From the NCBI RefSeq assembly GCF_009914755.1, contig NC_060929.1: a stretch of DNA of 64,000 nucleotides; one strand, written 5' to 3'. This document shows, piece after piece, positions 12,349-28,717 of the stretch. Numbering within the stretch: position 1 is the first letter of the stretch; every line of letters begins with the position of its first letter. The translations under genes and the position numbers were made by a program. The notes beneath the pieces were generated by a model. That model was not told the origin of the DNA and ran no database searches. It saw only the letters and a program-made list of their open reading frames with translations. The stretch is from the human T2T-CHM13v2.0 reference genome, Homo sapiens.

Positions 12349-13559
12349 CTGCCAATAACTTCATCTGGGAAGATAAAACTAACCACGTGAAGAAATAAAG
12401 GGTGAATACAACAGCAACTACTAACCCCAACTGTAGAAAGAATTTAGATATCTATCATGTTTATATAATTTGGGCCTAGGGTAGGGTTTTATGGATAAGG
12501 TGGGTTTTAAGATGGGTAAGATATATGCCAAGGAAAGAGAGAAAACACTCCAGATGAAAGAAACAGCAAGCAAAAGCAGAGGGTGGGTAAAGGCATAAAG
12601 ATGTGAGGACGGAGAGAAGTCTGGGCTGACTTAGGAAGTGGTGAGGGAAGAAGTTTGATGCCTAGATTGGAACTTATTATGTCAGTCTTAAAATTGATAA
12701 CCCAGGTAGACATTACAGTTTCTTGGGCAGAGAGGCATCTTGATGAATGCGGTGTTCAGCTATTACTCCTATTCTAGTAGCTGCCAGTCTTCATTTCTAG
12801 TTCTGGCACATCAACTCTATATTTCCACCTGTTCCCACAACATGCTTTATTATCACCTTATATCTCTCATTTCCAATGCCAACCATTTTTCTCCCAGACA
12901 GGTGCTCTTTCTTAACAATGGTATTGCTATTTCTTCCAGCCTTCCAAACTACATCTTTAATGCTTCCTTCTTTTTGTTCCCTAGATCTAATGTTCAACAG
13001 GGCCTCATTTCTTCATCTCAGTTGTCACTTGAGAACTGGTAAGGTTTAAGTGCATCTCAATGTGCCCAGATTACAATAATAGTTCCCTAACTGACATCTC
13101 TGTTTCTAGCATAAAGGAGGATTGTAGAAAAAATATGCTTAAGCTCTCAACAGCGTGTGGCTGGTTCTCCAAATTCTAAAGGTTACTTACAGTTTACATA
13201 GTAAAAGGGTCACCTCAGCTCTAAAGATCTGGCATAATTCTTAAAGAGCAGTAAGTGCATTACATATATTCCCTAGCCCTTACTCCCAGGCAGAATTAAT
13301 TATTCCCCTGAGACTCTAAACTTGCCTAAAGATAGGATGTATCACATTGTTTTATAGTTAATTATTTATATGCCTGTCTGCCCCTGAGGTGTAAGATTTT
13401 CACTCCGGCACCACACCGCTTTTTCACCACTAAGCACTATTCTTTGTTCCTGTCATATTCTTACTTCTCTGCGTACCCAATTTAGAGCTCATTATTCATC
13501 ATTATAATTACTGTGTTACAAAAAATTATTTCTTTAACATATCTCTTCTTCCATCTTAC

Positions 13560-15420
<1,861 letters not shown>

Positions 15421-15424
15421 GATA

Positions 15425-15792
15425 AGGTCTATGGTAACCATTACCACCCATGATAGAATTGAACTTCTTGGCTTCCTCGTAGTTAGGTTTATCCATATGA
15501 CTAGTTTAGGCCAAAAAGTTGAGAGCAGAAGTGATCCATATCACTTCTGGGTCAGAACATTTAACACCAATGCAAGAATTTCCAGAGCTCCCTTTCTTTC
15601 TGTCATGTGACTATTTGGGTAATCCACCAGTCTGTCCTAGAATGAGGACAATAATGAAGTGGGAAAAGAACTACCAATCAACCCACAATAGACACATACC
15701 ATGAGCAAGAAGTGTTTATTTGTTGTTTTAAATCACTGAGATCTTGAGCTTTTGTATTATACAGCATAATCTAAGCTGCCATGATTAGAACA
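15425..15792 (+). mobile_element. MaLR LTR (MLT1I/J-like)
   Basis: catatgactagtttaggccaa..gagcagaagtga..cacttctgggtc and ttgttgttttaaatcactgagat..cagcataa. Confidence 0.7.
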
Positions 15793-16334
15793 AGAACTAT
15801 TTTTGCATCTTAGTTAGATGACTAAATTTAATAACCCAGTATAAGTATACTATAAATATTTCAGTGCAAACTTTAAACATGAGTCTTTTACAGGACTCAA
15901 TCCTTATCTGTACAGCAGATGAGCATCTGCTAACCTCTCAAAATTAGATTGACCATTGTGAGATCAAAATATGTATCTGAGACTGAAACTTGTGGACAAG
16001 TTAAATTACTAATGAACAGTAATTCTGTATTTTAATGTCACTCTACATACATAGTAAATCAAATCAAATGAAAGCTTAGAGAAGATAGAGAACTGAATTG
16101 CCATATTAGGAAATGTTTCATACGTGTATTTCCAACTTTACACTGTCATGTCATCATGAAATTAGTGTGAAAATCAAGTAACATTTTAAATAAACTCTGC
16201 CAGCTCATTGAAAGGATTCTAAATAAAATCCTTCATGCTATAAATGAAAAGCCAATTTTCAACAGAGACTTAACATCTATTGTCAAAATAAGGTATAGCT
16301 TTATATACTTCAGGCTTTATTCATATAAGGTATT

Positions 16335-16689
16335 CTATAGTTGGTGTGTTCATCCCCTTCAAAATTTATGTCAAACTTTAATTGCCATTGTAACAGTATT
16401 AAGATGTGGGACCTTTAAGAGGAGATTTGCCCATAAGGGAAGGCTATACTCTCTTGGGTGGGATTGGTGCCATTATAAGAGGGCAAGTTCAGCCCCCTTT
16501 TTTTCCCTCCCTCTCCCTGTCTCTAGCCTTCTGCCATGTGATGACACAGCAAGAAAGCCTTTGCCAGATTCTGGCCCCTTGATCTTGAGCTTTCCAGCTT
16601 CCACAACTGTGAGCCAATACATTTCTGTTCATTCTTAGTTACCCAATCTTAGATATTCTGTTATAGTGGCACAAAACAGACTAAGACAA
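16335..16689 (+). mobile_element. MaLR LTR (MSTB-like)
   Basis: gtaacagtattaagatgtgggacctttaagagg, ccccttgatcttg; ends acagactaagaca. Confidence 0.85.
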
Positions 16690-18155
16690 GATCTAACTAT
16701 GACTTATCATATAAGTATTTCATTCAGTATAAATACAAATTGTAAAACATATTAGTTCCAATTCTCAAATTCCTAGTATGATCAGATAAAAGTCATGGAA
16801 ACATTAAATAAATTGAGCAGTTTTTCTCAAGGCAAAAGGTATCTGTGATGACTTAACATTGAGTGTTTAGCAGCATAAATATATTGAGATTGAATCAGGC
16901 AAAGATCACTCCAACTGTTGAACTATTGGGTAAGTGGAGGGGGGCATTTAAGGAAGGCATTGCTACTGGTGATGTTTATCTCAACCACATACCCAACTGC
17001 ACTATATGTGTTAGCATTAACTTTTTAAACCATTCAGCATGGTTGCAAAATTTCAGCAGAAGTAGGACACTTGTTTGCTAGAATTTCATTTATTTTTCAA
17101 ATTATTGAAGGCTGTCATCTGTATAAATTTACAGAGAATCTAGGACACTTGAAAACTTGAGTGAAGTTTAAAACATTTTTTAAATTTTTAAACAGTCAAT
17201 TGTATTGGGACAGGGCAAACAAGATTAGGCTTGAGGCATGAGATTGCAGGTAAAGTTGGAGATGAGCAAAATAAGAAGGAAAGCATAGAGGGGAGGAAAG
17301 GGAAACAAAAATAAGAAAAAATGGCCCTTGAGGGGAAATTTATTACTTATTCTTCTGTATCATAATTTGATAACTCAGGAATGTTCAAATTCACTGTACC
17401 AGTATTTCCCAAACTTGAAAAGAAATGTACATGTCCTTTGATGAAGTTTTGAGGGTCAATTCTCAGCATGTCAGAAGTCTCCCTCCCTTATCTTTTTTCT
17501 CAAAATACTTTGTAATGACACATTCTGCAGTCCAGAAGTGCTGTGGAAATAACTGTTTGTGCTTATGAAAAGCTAGTATGAAGCTTTAAAAATAGGTTAA
17601 TAGTCAAAACATAAATAAAGCGTAAATTCTCTTTTTAAATTTTCTAAAACAATGGCAGAGAAGGGATTTAACTAAAAATGTTTTAAGGGCTATGATAGTT
17701 AATATTAATACTAATGTAATTATTGATATGTATGCATACAATCTACCTGTCAAGAGAGAGGTCCCTGAGTATATTGAGACAAAGGGAGTGGATATCCCAT
17801 AACAATGTAGAGATGATGGAGCTCAGAAAGATGCCCCTTTCAGTTCAGGTTCTGGCCATCATTGCACTTAATTTAACCACACATAAATAAGTGAAAATGA
17901 GGTTTGAGCAAGCCACTCCCAAGATGAGCCTTTCCATAGGCCTTGGTATTCCTTGAGAAATATCCTTACTCACTGAATCCCTATTACTACTCAGCCCATG
18001 AGCCCGGGAAGTTACAGAGAGTATTCGCATAAACTATGGAAAGCTCCATTCTTTATCAACCTTAACAAACTGAGTCAGAAGAGGATTTCCTTTCTTATTT
18101 TCCTTTAGTAAATAGAGATAGGAAAATTTAAAGCAACAGCAAGAAGAAAGCACCA

Positions 18156-18520
18156 ACTATAGTCTGAATGTTTATGTTCCCCCAAATAAATATGTTCAAA
18201 CCTAATATCCAAGATGATGATATCAGGAGGTGGGGCCTTTGGGAGACTATTAGATGATGAGGTTGGAGCCCTCATGACTAGGATTTGTCTGTTAGAAAAG
18301 AGACCCCAGAGAGCTCCCTTGCCATTTCTATCAAGTAAGGACACGATGAGAAGACACCATCTATGAATGAGAAAATTGGCTTTCATCAGACACTGAATCT
18401 TCTAGTGCCTTGATCTTGGACTTCCCAGCCTCCAGAACTATGAGATATAAATTTCTGTTGTTTATAAACTGGCTACTCAACCTATAGTACTTTTTTATAG
18501 CAGCCCAAATGCTTTAAGAT
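18156..18520 (+). mobile_element. MaLR LTR (MLT1A-like)
   Basis: ctatagtctgaatg start; gccttgatcttggacttcccagcctccagaact; aaatttctgttgtttataa. Confidence 0.88.
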
Positions 18521-18767
18521 AACACCTCTTACAAAAATCAAAGCTTTGTTTTTAGCTTGCCCTTATATAGGATTAAGGTATAATTGACACTTAGGGAAAA
18601 AGCTAATAGCCCTTAATTAGAGTTTTTAATTCAAATTCAAGACTAACGCCTTTTAAAAGAAGAAATGCTTGAAAAGCACTGCTTTAGCTCACTAATGACC
18701 ACTCCAGTGACTTTGTCTGAAGAGCTAACGTTTCAATTCTGGTAATAGAAAAAGTAACATATACGTA

Positions 18768-19066
18768 TAGTCAGCCTTCCATATCCACAGGTTCCACATC
18801 TGTGGATTCAACCAATCACAGATCAAAAATATTGGAAAAATAACAATACAACAATAAAAAATACACATTTTAAAATACAGTATGACAACTGTTTACATTG
18901 TATTAGGTATTGTAAGTAATCTGGATATGATTAAAGTATATGGGAGGATGTGTGTAGTTTATATCCAATACTATGCCAGTTTATATAAGGTATTTAAGCA
19001 TTTTCAGATTCTAGTATCCACAGAGGCTCCTGAAACGAATTATCTGTGGATACTGAGGGAAGAATG
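18768..19066 (+). mobile_element. Tigger3a/MER7-type TcMar MITE
   Basis: Degenerate TIRs tagtcagccttccatatccacag / ctgtggatactgagggaagaatg, flanked by TA. Confidence 0.85.
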
Positions 19067-20937
19067 TATATTCATGAGTAAAACTGATTTCCTATGATGA
19101 CACAAAGTAGTTAAGTGAATAATATGAGGTCTCTCAATTGAAGCTCTAGATGAACTTCAGCACCAAACTTTGGTCCTCATTAGCATCACTGTCTGAATGA
19201 ACTATTAATACTTCCTCACATCCAGGCAGCTTTCCACCAGTTATGAGTTTCTAACTCATTTCTAAATTTCTAACTCATTTCTAAAACATTTCTAGAAAAA
19301 GAAAGCGTAAGGCTTAGGCCAACTCTTTCGCTTCCCATGGGAAATTTCCTTGGTGAAAGCAGTAACTGGTTGATGATTAAGTCCATGTCTAATTATCACT
19401 TGTGCCTGGAAGCATCACAGACAATTCCATTACAGGAAGCCCAAATATCAATGTGGTCACCACAGAAAGCTGCCAGTTAAAGCCCTGTAATGTCTCTCAC
19501 TTAACACCTTTTCTCCCCAAGGCTTCTGTCAATGTTCCACCCTACCATTGCTGACAGAAGGGATTAGAGGTCACACAGGTTTTATAGTTTTCATTGATTT
19601 CTTGAATGGAAATAACAGATGCTGTTAATGAAGCTCCCTGTGAATATACACACAAGGTAATCCCATAGCATCTTGCTTGGGGGTGACATGTAAACTCTGC
19701 TGCTCTGAAATAAAGCTCCTGTGTACCTGCCAGCAGCAACAGGGTGCAGCAGTTTAATGTTTACCCCGGAGGAAAGTTTCATCTGACTGTCAGGGAAATA
19801 CTTCCCTTCTAACAACCTCTGTTATCTCCCTCAAACCAAAAAAAAAAAAAGTATAGAGTTTTAACTTTAAAAAGACCTTTAAAAAATCTATGCAATAGAA
19901 TATGTCGAATATAATAATATCCTAATAGAAAAAAATAAGCACGTTAATTACTAGCCCATCCTGTTCTTTAAGAGATGTTATCTCCAAATACAAATCTTGT
20001 TAGCACCATTTGCTTTAAAAATCTGATGACCTCATTACCTATAGTTTGTAAACTGATAAACCTAGGCAAGTTTTAATAAACTAAATTACTACTATTTTAG
20101 TTCATAGTACAAACTTAGAATAAAGATAGACTAAAAGCTTTTCTCTGATATAAAATCTGAGGGAAAAAATAGTAAGATAAAACACTTCCTTTCTCAACAG
20201 AGATTTGTTCCCCTGGAGTACTGTTTAATGATATTCTGTATTCAATATTTTCATGGACTAAACATATCATAGACAACAGTCTTCTCTACTCCCATTGTTT
20301 TTGTTAGCTTGAGGGGATAGAGCAACTAAGGCTTTATTCAATAAAGAGGAGAAAATATTGGAACTAAAATAATAATGTATTAATAACATGTTCAAGTGTA
20401 TGGAATATAGTTCTTCAAAGCATCGTGGCCCACTCTTTAACTTTCCATACATCGGAGAAAAAGGAAATGTCTAAAATTACGGTGTATAAAATATGTTTGT
20501 GATCCCATGTTAGGAAAAACATTTTGAGTTGATGGGAATCAATCAACATTAATTACCAAAGTTGTTTTTAAAAATCTTTTTTATCTGGATATCTTTTTGA
20601 ATAAGTCTAGATCTGAAGGGAAGAGACAATTGTGGGATAATACACTATAATGCTTTCCAGATTGAAATAAGAATCATCATGATTTCCATATATTTAAATC
20701 TCATCCAAAATATTTTGCTTTTTCCTTGTATTTATTGCTCAGATATGTCAGTATATTACTACTTTGTTATATTTTTGAAGAGAAGAAATATTTCTTCAAT
20801 TTGCTTCTATAATTTTCAAAATATTTTATTTTAGATCTAGACTTAATCCAAAAATGTCATTGTCATCTACCGGCATTAACGTGTCATAGGTACAAAATTC
20901 CTAGTAGATACAATAAATTAGCTTATATAGTAAATTA

Positions 20938-21285
20938 CAGTCAGCCCTCCATATTCACAGGTCCAGCATCCATGGATTCAACCAACTGCAGGTCAAAAAT
21001 GTTTTAAAAATTAAAGAGTGCAATACAATACAATAATAACACAATAATAATATACAATAATAATAATACAAATAAAAATTAATGCAGTAGAACAACTATC
21101 TACGTAGCATTGACATTGTATTAGGTATCATGAGTAATTTAGAGATCATTTAAAGTATATGGGAGGATGCACGTAAGTTATATGGAAATATTATGCCATT
21201 TTATATAAAGGACTTGAGCATACTCGGATTTTGGTATCTTCAGGAGTCCTAGAACCAATCCCCTGTGGATACTGGGGGAAGACTG
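20938..21285 (+). mobile_element. Tigger3a/MER7-type TcMar MITE (second copy)
   Basis: TA-cagtcagccctccatattcacagg ... cctgtggatactgggggaagactg-TA; homologous to 18768-19066. Confidence 0.9.
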
Positions 21286-21307
21286 TAAAACCTATTTTTA
21301 TATTTTG

Positions 21308-21349
21308 GTGTGCGTGCATGCGTGCATGTGTGTGTGTGTGTGTGTGTGT
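21308..21349. repeat. (TG)n microsatellite
   Basis: Direct reading. Confidence 0.9.
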
Positions 21350-21364
21350 TTAATCCCTGAGATA

Positions 21365-21556
21365 GAAAAGCTACTTTATTTGGAGGTGAAAGTCATAGGA
21401 TTTAGGTCAGACTCTTCAATTATTATCTATTCAATTTTGAGCAAGTCATTTAACATAAGTCTCAGTATTTTCAAGGTGTTAGAAATAATAATGGCCACCC
21501 TGACATTTCATAGAGTTGTTGTGAAAAGAAAACTACTGATGAAGAAGTGCTTGCAA
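21365..21556 (+). mobile_element. MIR SINE
   Basis: ttgagcaagtcatttaac..ctcagt; catagagttgttgtga. Confidence 0.7.
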
Positions 21557-21996
21557 ACTTCCACATGCATGGATCTAAAGTGATATTTTTAAATATTTAT
21601 TTATATGATGCTTACTTGTATGACCCACAAATCTTATGTAATTGCTTCATGTTTTTAATTTAAGATCTTCTAAACCTTCAACTATTGTCAAACTTCATTG
21701 GGTTTATAAATTTTTAAAGTATGTAGTAAATGACACACGTGAATACTGAAGAGATTAGAAATCACTTTAATTATACTTTTTAATGAATTTTATGTTACGT
21801 TTTCTTTCCTAACAATGCTCAGCAATATATATATTTTTTTCTACTAGAATCAGAAACAAATCAAAGGAAGTACTTCAATTCGGTATGCCAACATTATATT
21901 TTGGTTTTAAAATTGTTATTACTAAGAGACAATGAAAGTTAATATCATGAGATTCAACTATGTGTACAGTAGTATTACAGTACAAATTACCAGCAA

Positions 21997-22041
<45 letters not shown>

Positions 22042-22043
22042 CT
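21997..22043. repeat. (TC)n(AC)n compound microsatellite
   Basis: Direct reading. Confidence 0.9.
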
Positions 22044-22229
22044 TTTTTCTGCTTTCAATGAGCAACTTGAGGCTTCCTCTTTCCTTTTATTACCACCCCC
22101 AATATTCAATCCTTTTAAGTCTTGTCTGCTGCACTGCCAAACCCCTTCCTCACTGCCTCCACCCTATTCAAATTGCCATCACTGCCCACCCACAGTTCTG
22201 CAAGGGTCCCCCAATGGATCCCTTTGCTT

Positions 22230-22975
22230 CCACTTATGGCCCTCTTTAATCCATTCTCCAAAGAGCAGAATAAATAAAAATAAACCACATTACTCTTCCA
22301 TTTGAAATCCTCCAATAGCTACTCTAGGTACTCAGAATAAATGAAAAATGTCTTAATTTAACATAGCCCCTATCCTTTACATAGTCTGCTCCCTGTCCCT
22401 TTCTTGATCTGATTTCATTTGTTTTCCTACCACTCCCACCGTTCTTCCTAAACTCCAGTTATACTGGTACATTCCTGGTTTATGCTGGTACATAAAATCA
22501 TGCGCTTGCTTTTTCTTCATGCCTAAAGTGTAGCATGAAGAGGCTTTATTCATCTCGTGTTGGGTGAGAATTTTAACATCATATTTTTCTTTCTCTAATC
22601 CTTTTCTACCATCTAGCCCAAATAAATAAATATACAATCTGATTAAAAGAAGGATATTTGTTATGAAATGATAGGTTTCTAGAATTTTCCTGGTATTCTC
22701 CTTAAAGAATGGATTCCTCAGACCTTCCTGTGTAAAAATTCTGAGGCAACTCTCCACTGCCTCTCTTGGAACAATCTCCACTGAGGTCTTTTCGTGGACT
22801 GCTCTTTTACATCATCCACGTATTAATTCAAATACCATCTTGTCAGTAAGGCCTTCACCAACCAACCATTCTAAACGTTGTAAGTTACCCTCTTTATATC
22901 ATCTTTTGTTTCTTGTTGGCTGCTACATCTGTAGAATATTGCCACTCACACAATAGATACTCAAATATAAATCGA
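22230..22975 (+). mobile_element. L2 fragments
   Basis: tccattctcca..gcagaa, aaatcctccaatagct..ctcagaataaa; 3' end cacaatagatactcaaata. Confidence 0.55.
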
Positions 22976-24041
22976 ACACATGCTGGCATTTTGATTTGTG
23001 TACATATATGAGAACTCAACTGATGAGTACATAAGCATCATGCTGTAATAAAACCATAATATGCTTTCATAAGCAAAGGAATTCTCTTTTTTAAAAATTT
23101 CCTTTAACAGGATCAAAGCTAATTGGTTAACGAATTCTATTTCTTTATAGGCATGAAGAGGGAAGAAAGAAAAGTCAAATAATTCCCCCAAATACTTTTC
23201 AGGATTTTTTTGTTCATTTTCATTTCAGCTCTTTTATCTTGTATTTTAACTTCTTTTTTTCTTCCTTTAAGATAAAGGCAAGCTGTCAGGCAAATGAGTC
23301 TTCGAAACTGTTACTCACTTGGATTGTTTTAAGGCCAATTAAAAGGAAAATAGCAACAGTTACCAGCCTCCATTTCCCAAAGGGACAAGCCATGGTTCTG
23401 TGTTGTTTTATGGTGTGTATATGGAGAAACATACACATATTTTAGTTTCGAAGCAATAAATCTGGAAAACATTTTCCAAAGTCCAGTATGCTTACTGTGA
23501 ATTATGTCAATATTTTAATGAAAATGTGAAAAGTAACTTGAGATTTTACAATAAGGTTTTTAAATTTTTGAATTTCTACTAATATGCAAGCAAGCTTTCT
23601 ACATCAAAATTAGCTCCAGGTCACATTGTTTTTCAAGCAGGCATCACAACTTCAGCCATTTGACAGTTCAGTTTGGCATTTTCAACAAGAAACCTAACTT
23701 ACTACTTGTCATTTACTATCTATAACCTCAGCAAATACCATCCAACTAGGCACCCTACTGAAATATCCTGCATCCCCACTTTGTCTTCTCAGCCACTCTT
23801 GAGCTTCTCTACTTTGGGATATTATTTTGAAACATTCAACATGACATATTTCTTAAGCTTCTTGTCAGACACAAAGGAATGCCAAAAAACATTACAGTAC
23901 TTTACATTAAGTTTCATTTTAAAAAATCTGATACTCCTGTTTTATATTCATTTTCTCATTTATGATTAATAATGGTATTTTTTCTTTCCTAAATAAAAAA
24001 GAAAAATCTTTACCCAATTTTACAAAGATAGCAAGAAAATG

Positions 24042-24125
24042 TTCATTCATTCCAAAATGTATTGATAAGTTTATTAAGGAATTACAAATGTGCTAGGTGC
24101 TGTGGGGAATCCAGATGTGAGTCTC
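24042..24125 (-). mobile_element. L2 3' end
   Basis: ttcattcattc..tttattaag..atgtgctaggtgctgtgggga. Confidence 0.6.
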
Positions 24126-24479
24126 TCTTGTTTTCTTATGTTGTTTCTTTATTATTCCATTATATAGAGGAAAAATAAGATATGTAAATAAGTATAATTC
24201 AAAGTAAAAAGTAAACTGATTTCTTCTGCCTCCTTTAAAATGCAGTTGAATATGAATGAAGAAAATCACAAAATTGATCTGAGAAATTTCCATTTCAAAT
24301 CTCATTTGGCTACAGAAGAGTACCCCATGAAATGATCTGTTTCTGCAATAAGTTCTCTTTCTCATTCTCAAGACAACTCTCATAGCTTCTTTTACCTCCA
24401 GTCTCCAGGTCTACTTCCTGCACCTCCTACACTGGAAAGCCTTAACTACCACTTCTTTGATAAATTGATCAGATTCTAG

Positions 24480-25570
24480 ATCTCTTACATTCCCACAGCC
24501 AAATCTACATTCTGCATGCACCTGCATCTATCTTCTCTTTTCATAATAAAATGAAGGACTGTCACTCCTCTTTTCTAAGGCTAGTCCCTTCTCACTTGTT
24601 CTCTGGGTCTAATCCTTAGAGTCTTCCTGAAAACTATGCTGATTTGACTATTCCCTCCCTCTTACATCATTGATCTTCATCTCCTTACTGGATAATTGCT
24701 ACTAATGTACAACCTGTTCTTCCAAATTAAAAAGAGAAATCTGTCTCAATGCCACATTGTTCACTAACTTCTGCCCTATTTTTGGCTTTCTTCTATAGTT
24801 AAATTTAATTTTTTCCCTCATTTTGAACTTTAATTCATAATTCCACTATGACAAATCTTGCTGTCACTCTCAACACTCCCCAATCAGTGCCCTTGCCAAA
24901 GTTTCTGATGATTTTCATGTCAAAATTAGTAAATACTTTTCCATGTTTTCCTAGCCTCTCGGCTGCATCAGACACTATTTAACAGTCCCTCCTCCTTCTG
25001 TAAAACCAAATTCTTCTTTCTTGTTTACCTTACTAGTCCTTTCAGAGCGCCTTCTCTCCTCTCTCATATCTCCCTAGTTGATTACATCTATTTGCATTTT
25101 TAAAAGTATATGTGCTGTGCATTCCCATTTGTGATTCTAGTCTTAACTCTCTTCTCTGAGCTCCAGACTCATAGCCAATTTCTCCCTGTCCCATCAATTT
25201 GGATCTCTAGTATACATTTCAAACTTGATTATGGCCTAAAATAATCTCTTGATTTTTCTAAGAAAATGTAGTTTCTTCCCAGCTTTCTTTATTTGGTTCA
25301 AGCCAAAACAACAACAACAAAAGAAATATCCTTTTAATCCTTTCACTGTTTCCTCCAATTCATGAGCGAGACCAGTCAATATTCATATATAGTCTGCCCA
25401 CTTTTCTCCTTTTCCACTAGTTTTTCTCTGGCTTAGGTTATCAGTGCCTCTTCCTTAGAGGCAGTAGAGGCAACAGCCTCATAACTGCTCTACTTCTACT
25501 CTGATAACTCTCCACACAACAGGAAGAATAACATGTTCTTCCAAACTTACTTGTATCATTCCTTTTCCCC
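24480..25570 (+). mobile_element. L2 remnant
   Basis: ctcttctctgagctccagactc, ctagcctctcggctgcat..gacact, caacagcctcataactg. Confidence 0.6.
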
Positions 25571-26238
25571 AACACAGAACTGTGATGGAGAGGGAAGAGA
25601 TATTTGAAGAGATCTTGAAAGATATTTAAATTTTGACCCTTGAAATTTAGAAAAAAAAAAAATTTCCAGGACAACAAATCAGCACTGGCAAAGACATGGA
25701 AGTGGACAAGCATAAGAAGGTACCTACAGAAGAGTGAGAGGTTTTATTTCCTTATATCAGAAAGCACATCAAAAGAAGTAGTAGGTAATAAGGTCAGGGT
25801 TAGAGCCAGGAGACAGCTTCACATTTTCTGTTTAGGTATTTGGAATTTGTTTGGTAATTTCATTTTATGCTCAATAGTGGAAAATGAAATGAAACTGGTT
25901 TTCTGCTTGTGATTGATAAGCAAAAAGATAGAGTAATATAAAATATATGGAGGTTATATGCTTAAAGTGTAAACCAGTCATAAGAACCTGACATGCCTCA
26001 AGAGTGTGTGTCTTTATCTCGTAAAGAATCTCACTGGCTTCCACTTCTTTGGAGATTAATAGATTGTAAAAATAAAATACTTCTGCCTCATCTATTTTTT
26101 TTCTTTAGGAGAGGGAGAAAATCTTATTTCTAATTGGCATAATTGAAAATCCACTGTCAGCGTGTTTCCTATGCTTTCTTTTATCATTTGTGAGATGATT
26201 GAGAATACATACTTTTCCATTTATTAGAAATGTTATTA

Positions 26239-26655
<417 letters not shown>

Positions 26656-28184
26656 TCAAAACTGGTTATGGGTTATGTTACACTTTGGCCCAGTTTATCA
26701 GAGGGATGTATAAAAGTGAGAGGAAAGCAAACATCTCCCAAATTCTCTCAAAAACTTTGTTGTCTTCATTGCTTCTATGCCTGAAATGGATCATCACTGC
26801 TGATCACCTTCATCACCTCTCTTCTCCATATTTCAAAGCCTTTGGGAAATAAAAAATCATTTCACCTTAAAATAAATATTGGGATGAATTAATTAAGGCA
26901 GACATTCTGAATTGAACACAAGGGTATCTGTGATTGTTGTGTAATACTGTGTGATGTAAATATATTGAAAATTAATAACTGAGTCAAGCATCAAGTCAAT
27001 TCACAACCTTTCACTCCTTAGAGCTTTGGGCACTCAGTAAAGCAATTAACACTTTGGAGGTCTGTGGCCAAAAGGTACCCTTTGGGAAACACACAATCAA
27101 CAGGGCTGTGAGTCTGTTGAGCAGTTTTAGAATTCCAATTAAACATTTCAAAGAAAGTCAATTTAATTTCAAATAACTGTATTGGCAAGACTAGGTATAT
27201 GCAAACTGACAAAGTCAATATATATTACATGCCATGGGGTAATTTTCACAATTGCAAGAACATATATAAAAAGAAAAATATTGTTTTCTCCATAACTTCA
27301 AGGCCATTGTAAACAAACAGGCAACCTCCTTCACACAAGACATTTTCTTTAAAGTTTAATAAGGCCCACATTTCTTTTCCAAGATACAAAATTTTATTTA
27401 TCCTCTTATCTCTGGGCTTCATACATCCAGTTGTATAGGTATATGTGTCTGTGTGTGTGTGTTTTAATTACATGTAGATGGAATTTCAGTTTTGTAATTC
27501 CTTATTACTGCAGAGATGAGCAAAACAAATTGGCCATTGGTATACCCACTAAAATATCTCTAAAATAAGAATAAATAGTAAATATCTAGGATTTATCTTG
27601 GATCCCTTCCTGCCACCATTTTTATCAGTTCTCATAGTGTCAAGTATTTTTTTTTAAAATAGTACATTTTTTATAATTAGGACATGCTTCTTTGAAAAAA
27701 TATGTCAAGGATTACTTCTGACGGCCTAATATCTCAGCAAAGATTAGAAAGAGCCCTTGCTATCATCATCTTTCTAAGTGTAGACCCTGCAAAAAGTATA
27801 CCTGAAAAGATTCCAGAAAATGTGTTCATATTTCTTCTGCTTCCACAAATAATGTAGAAAAGATTAAGTATGAAAGGCAGTATAAAATGTTAATTAAAAA
27901 AGATAAAACCAGTTAAAAGGCACAGAGAAACAGATGTGTCCAGCCCCTTGGGAAGAGCTCAGTAATAAAAGATTGTTATTGTCTTCTTAACTAACTTTTC
28001 ACATGATTATCTTTTCCACAATCTCAGAAATCCAGGAATTGAAAGAATCTCAAAAGTCTTCCACTCTATTTTTATGGGGAAGTAGGAGACCAAGAAAACT
28101 GTTTTACCTAGAATTATACAACTGAGATCAATCGTCATTATTTTTAAAGGATCTTGAAACTTTATAAGATTAAAAGGGATGCCA

Positions 28185-28500
28185 ATGGTGTGGAGTAAAA
28201 AGATCCTGGACTTAGGAGTTAGGCATCGGCCGGGAGCTGTGGCTCATGCCTGTGATCCCAGCACTCTGGGAGACCTAAGCAGGTGGATCACTTGAGGCCA
28301 GGAGTTCAAGACCAGCCTGGCCAACAGGGAGAAACCTCATCTCCATGAAAAATGTAAAAATTAGCCAGATGTGATGGTATAAGTTCGAATTCTGGGTTGC
28401 TCGTTCCCTAGGTAATTGAGTTATCTAATCTCCTGAGCCCAAATTTCTCCAGATGTAAAATGTGAATTTTAATGTCCAGAGTTGCAGTAATGTCATGAGT
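28185..28500 (+). mobile_element. MIR interrupted by a left-arm Alu fragment (28228-28378)
   Basis: ggtgtggagtaaaaagatcctggacttaggagt, then ggccgggag.. Alu left arm, then gttcgaattctgg..ctcctgagcc..tgtaaaatg. Confidence 0.75.
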
Positions 28501-28717
28501 ATAACATTCATTCAGTTATTTTTTGCAACTATTATATATAAGGACTTTATTAGATGTCAGAATTTGAGTATATGAGACATAGTCCTCAAGAAGCTCGTAA
28601 GTCCAATTGAGGGGATGCGATTTTTTAAAAAATACAAGGTGAGAAGTGCTTTAATAACGTTTTCACAGGATGCCATATTATTTGACGGGGCTAGATAATG
28701 GCCTCGATAGTCAAGGG

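Noticed and set aside
18768-21285. Composite transposon formed by two Tigger3a copies
   Set aside because: Each copy has its own TIRs and TA flanks and they differ substantially; independent insertions of a common MITE explain it.
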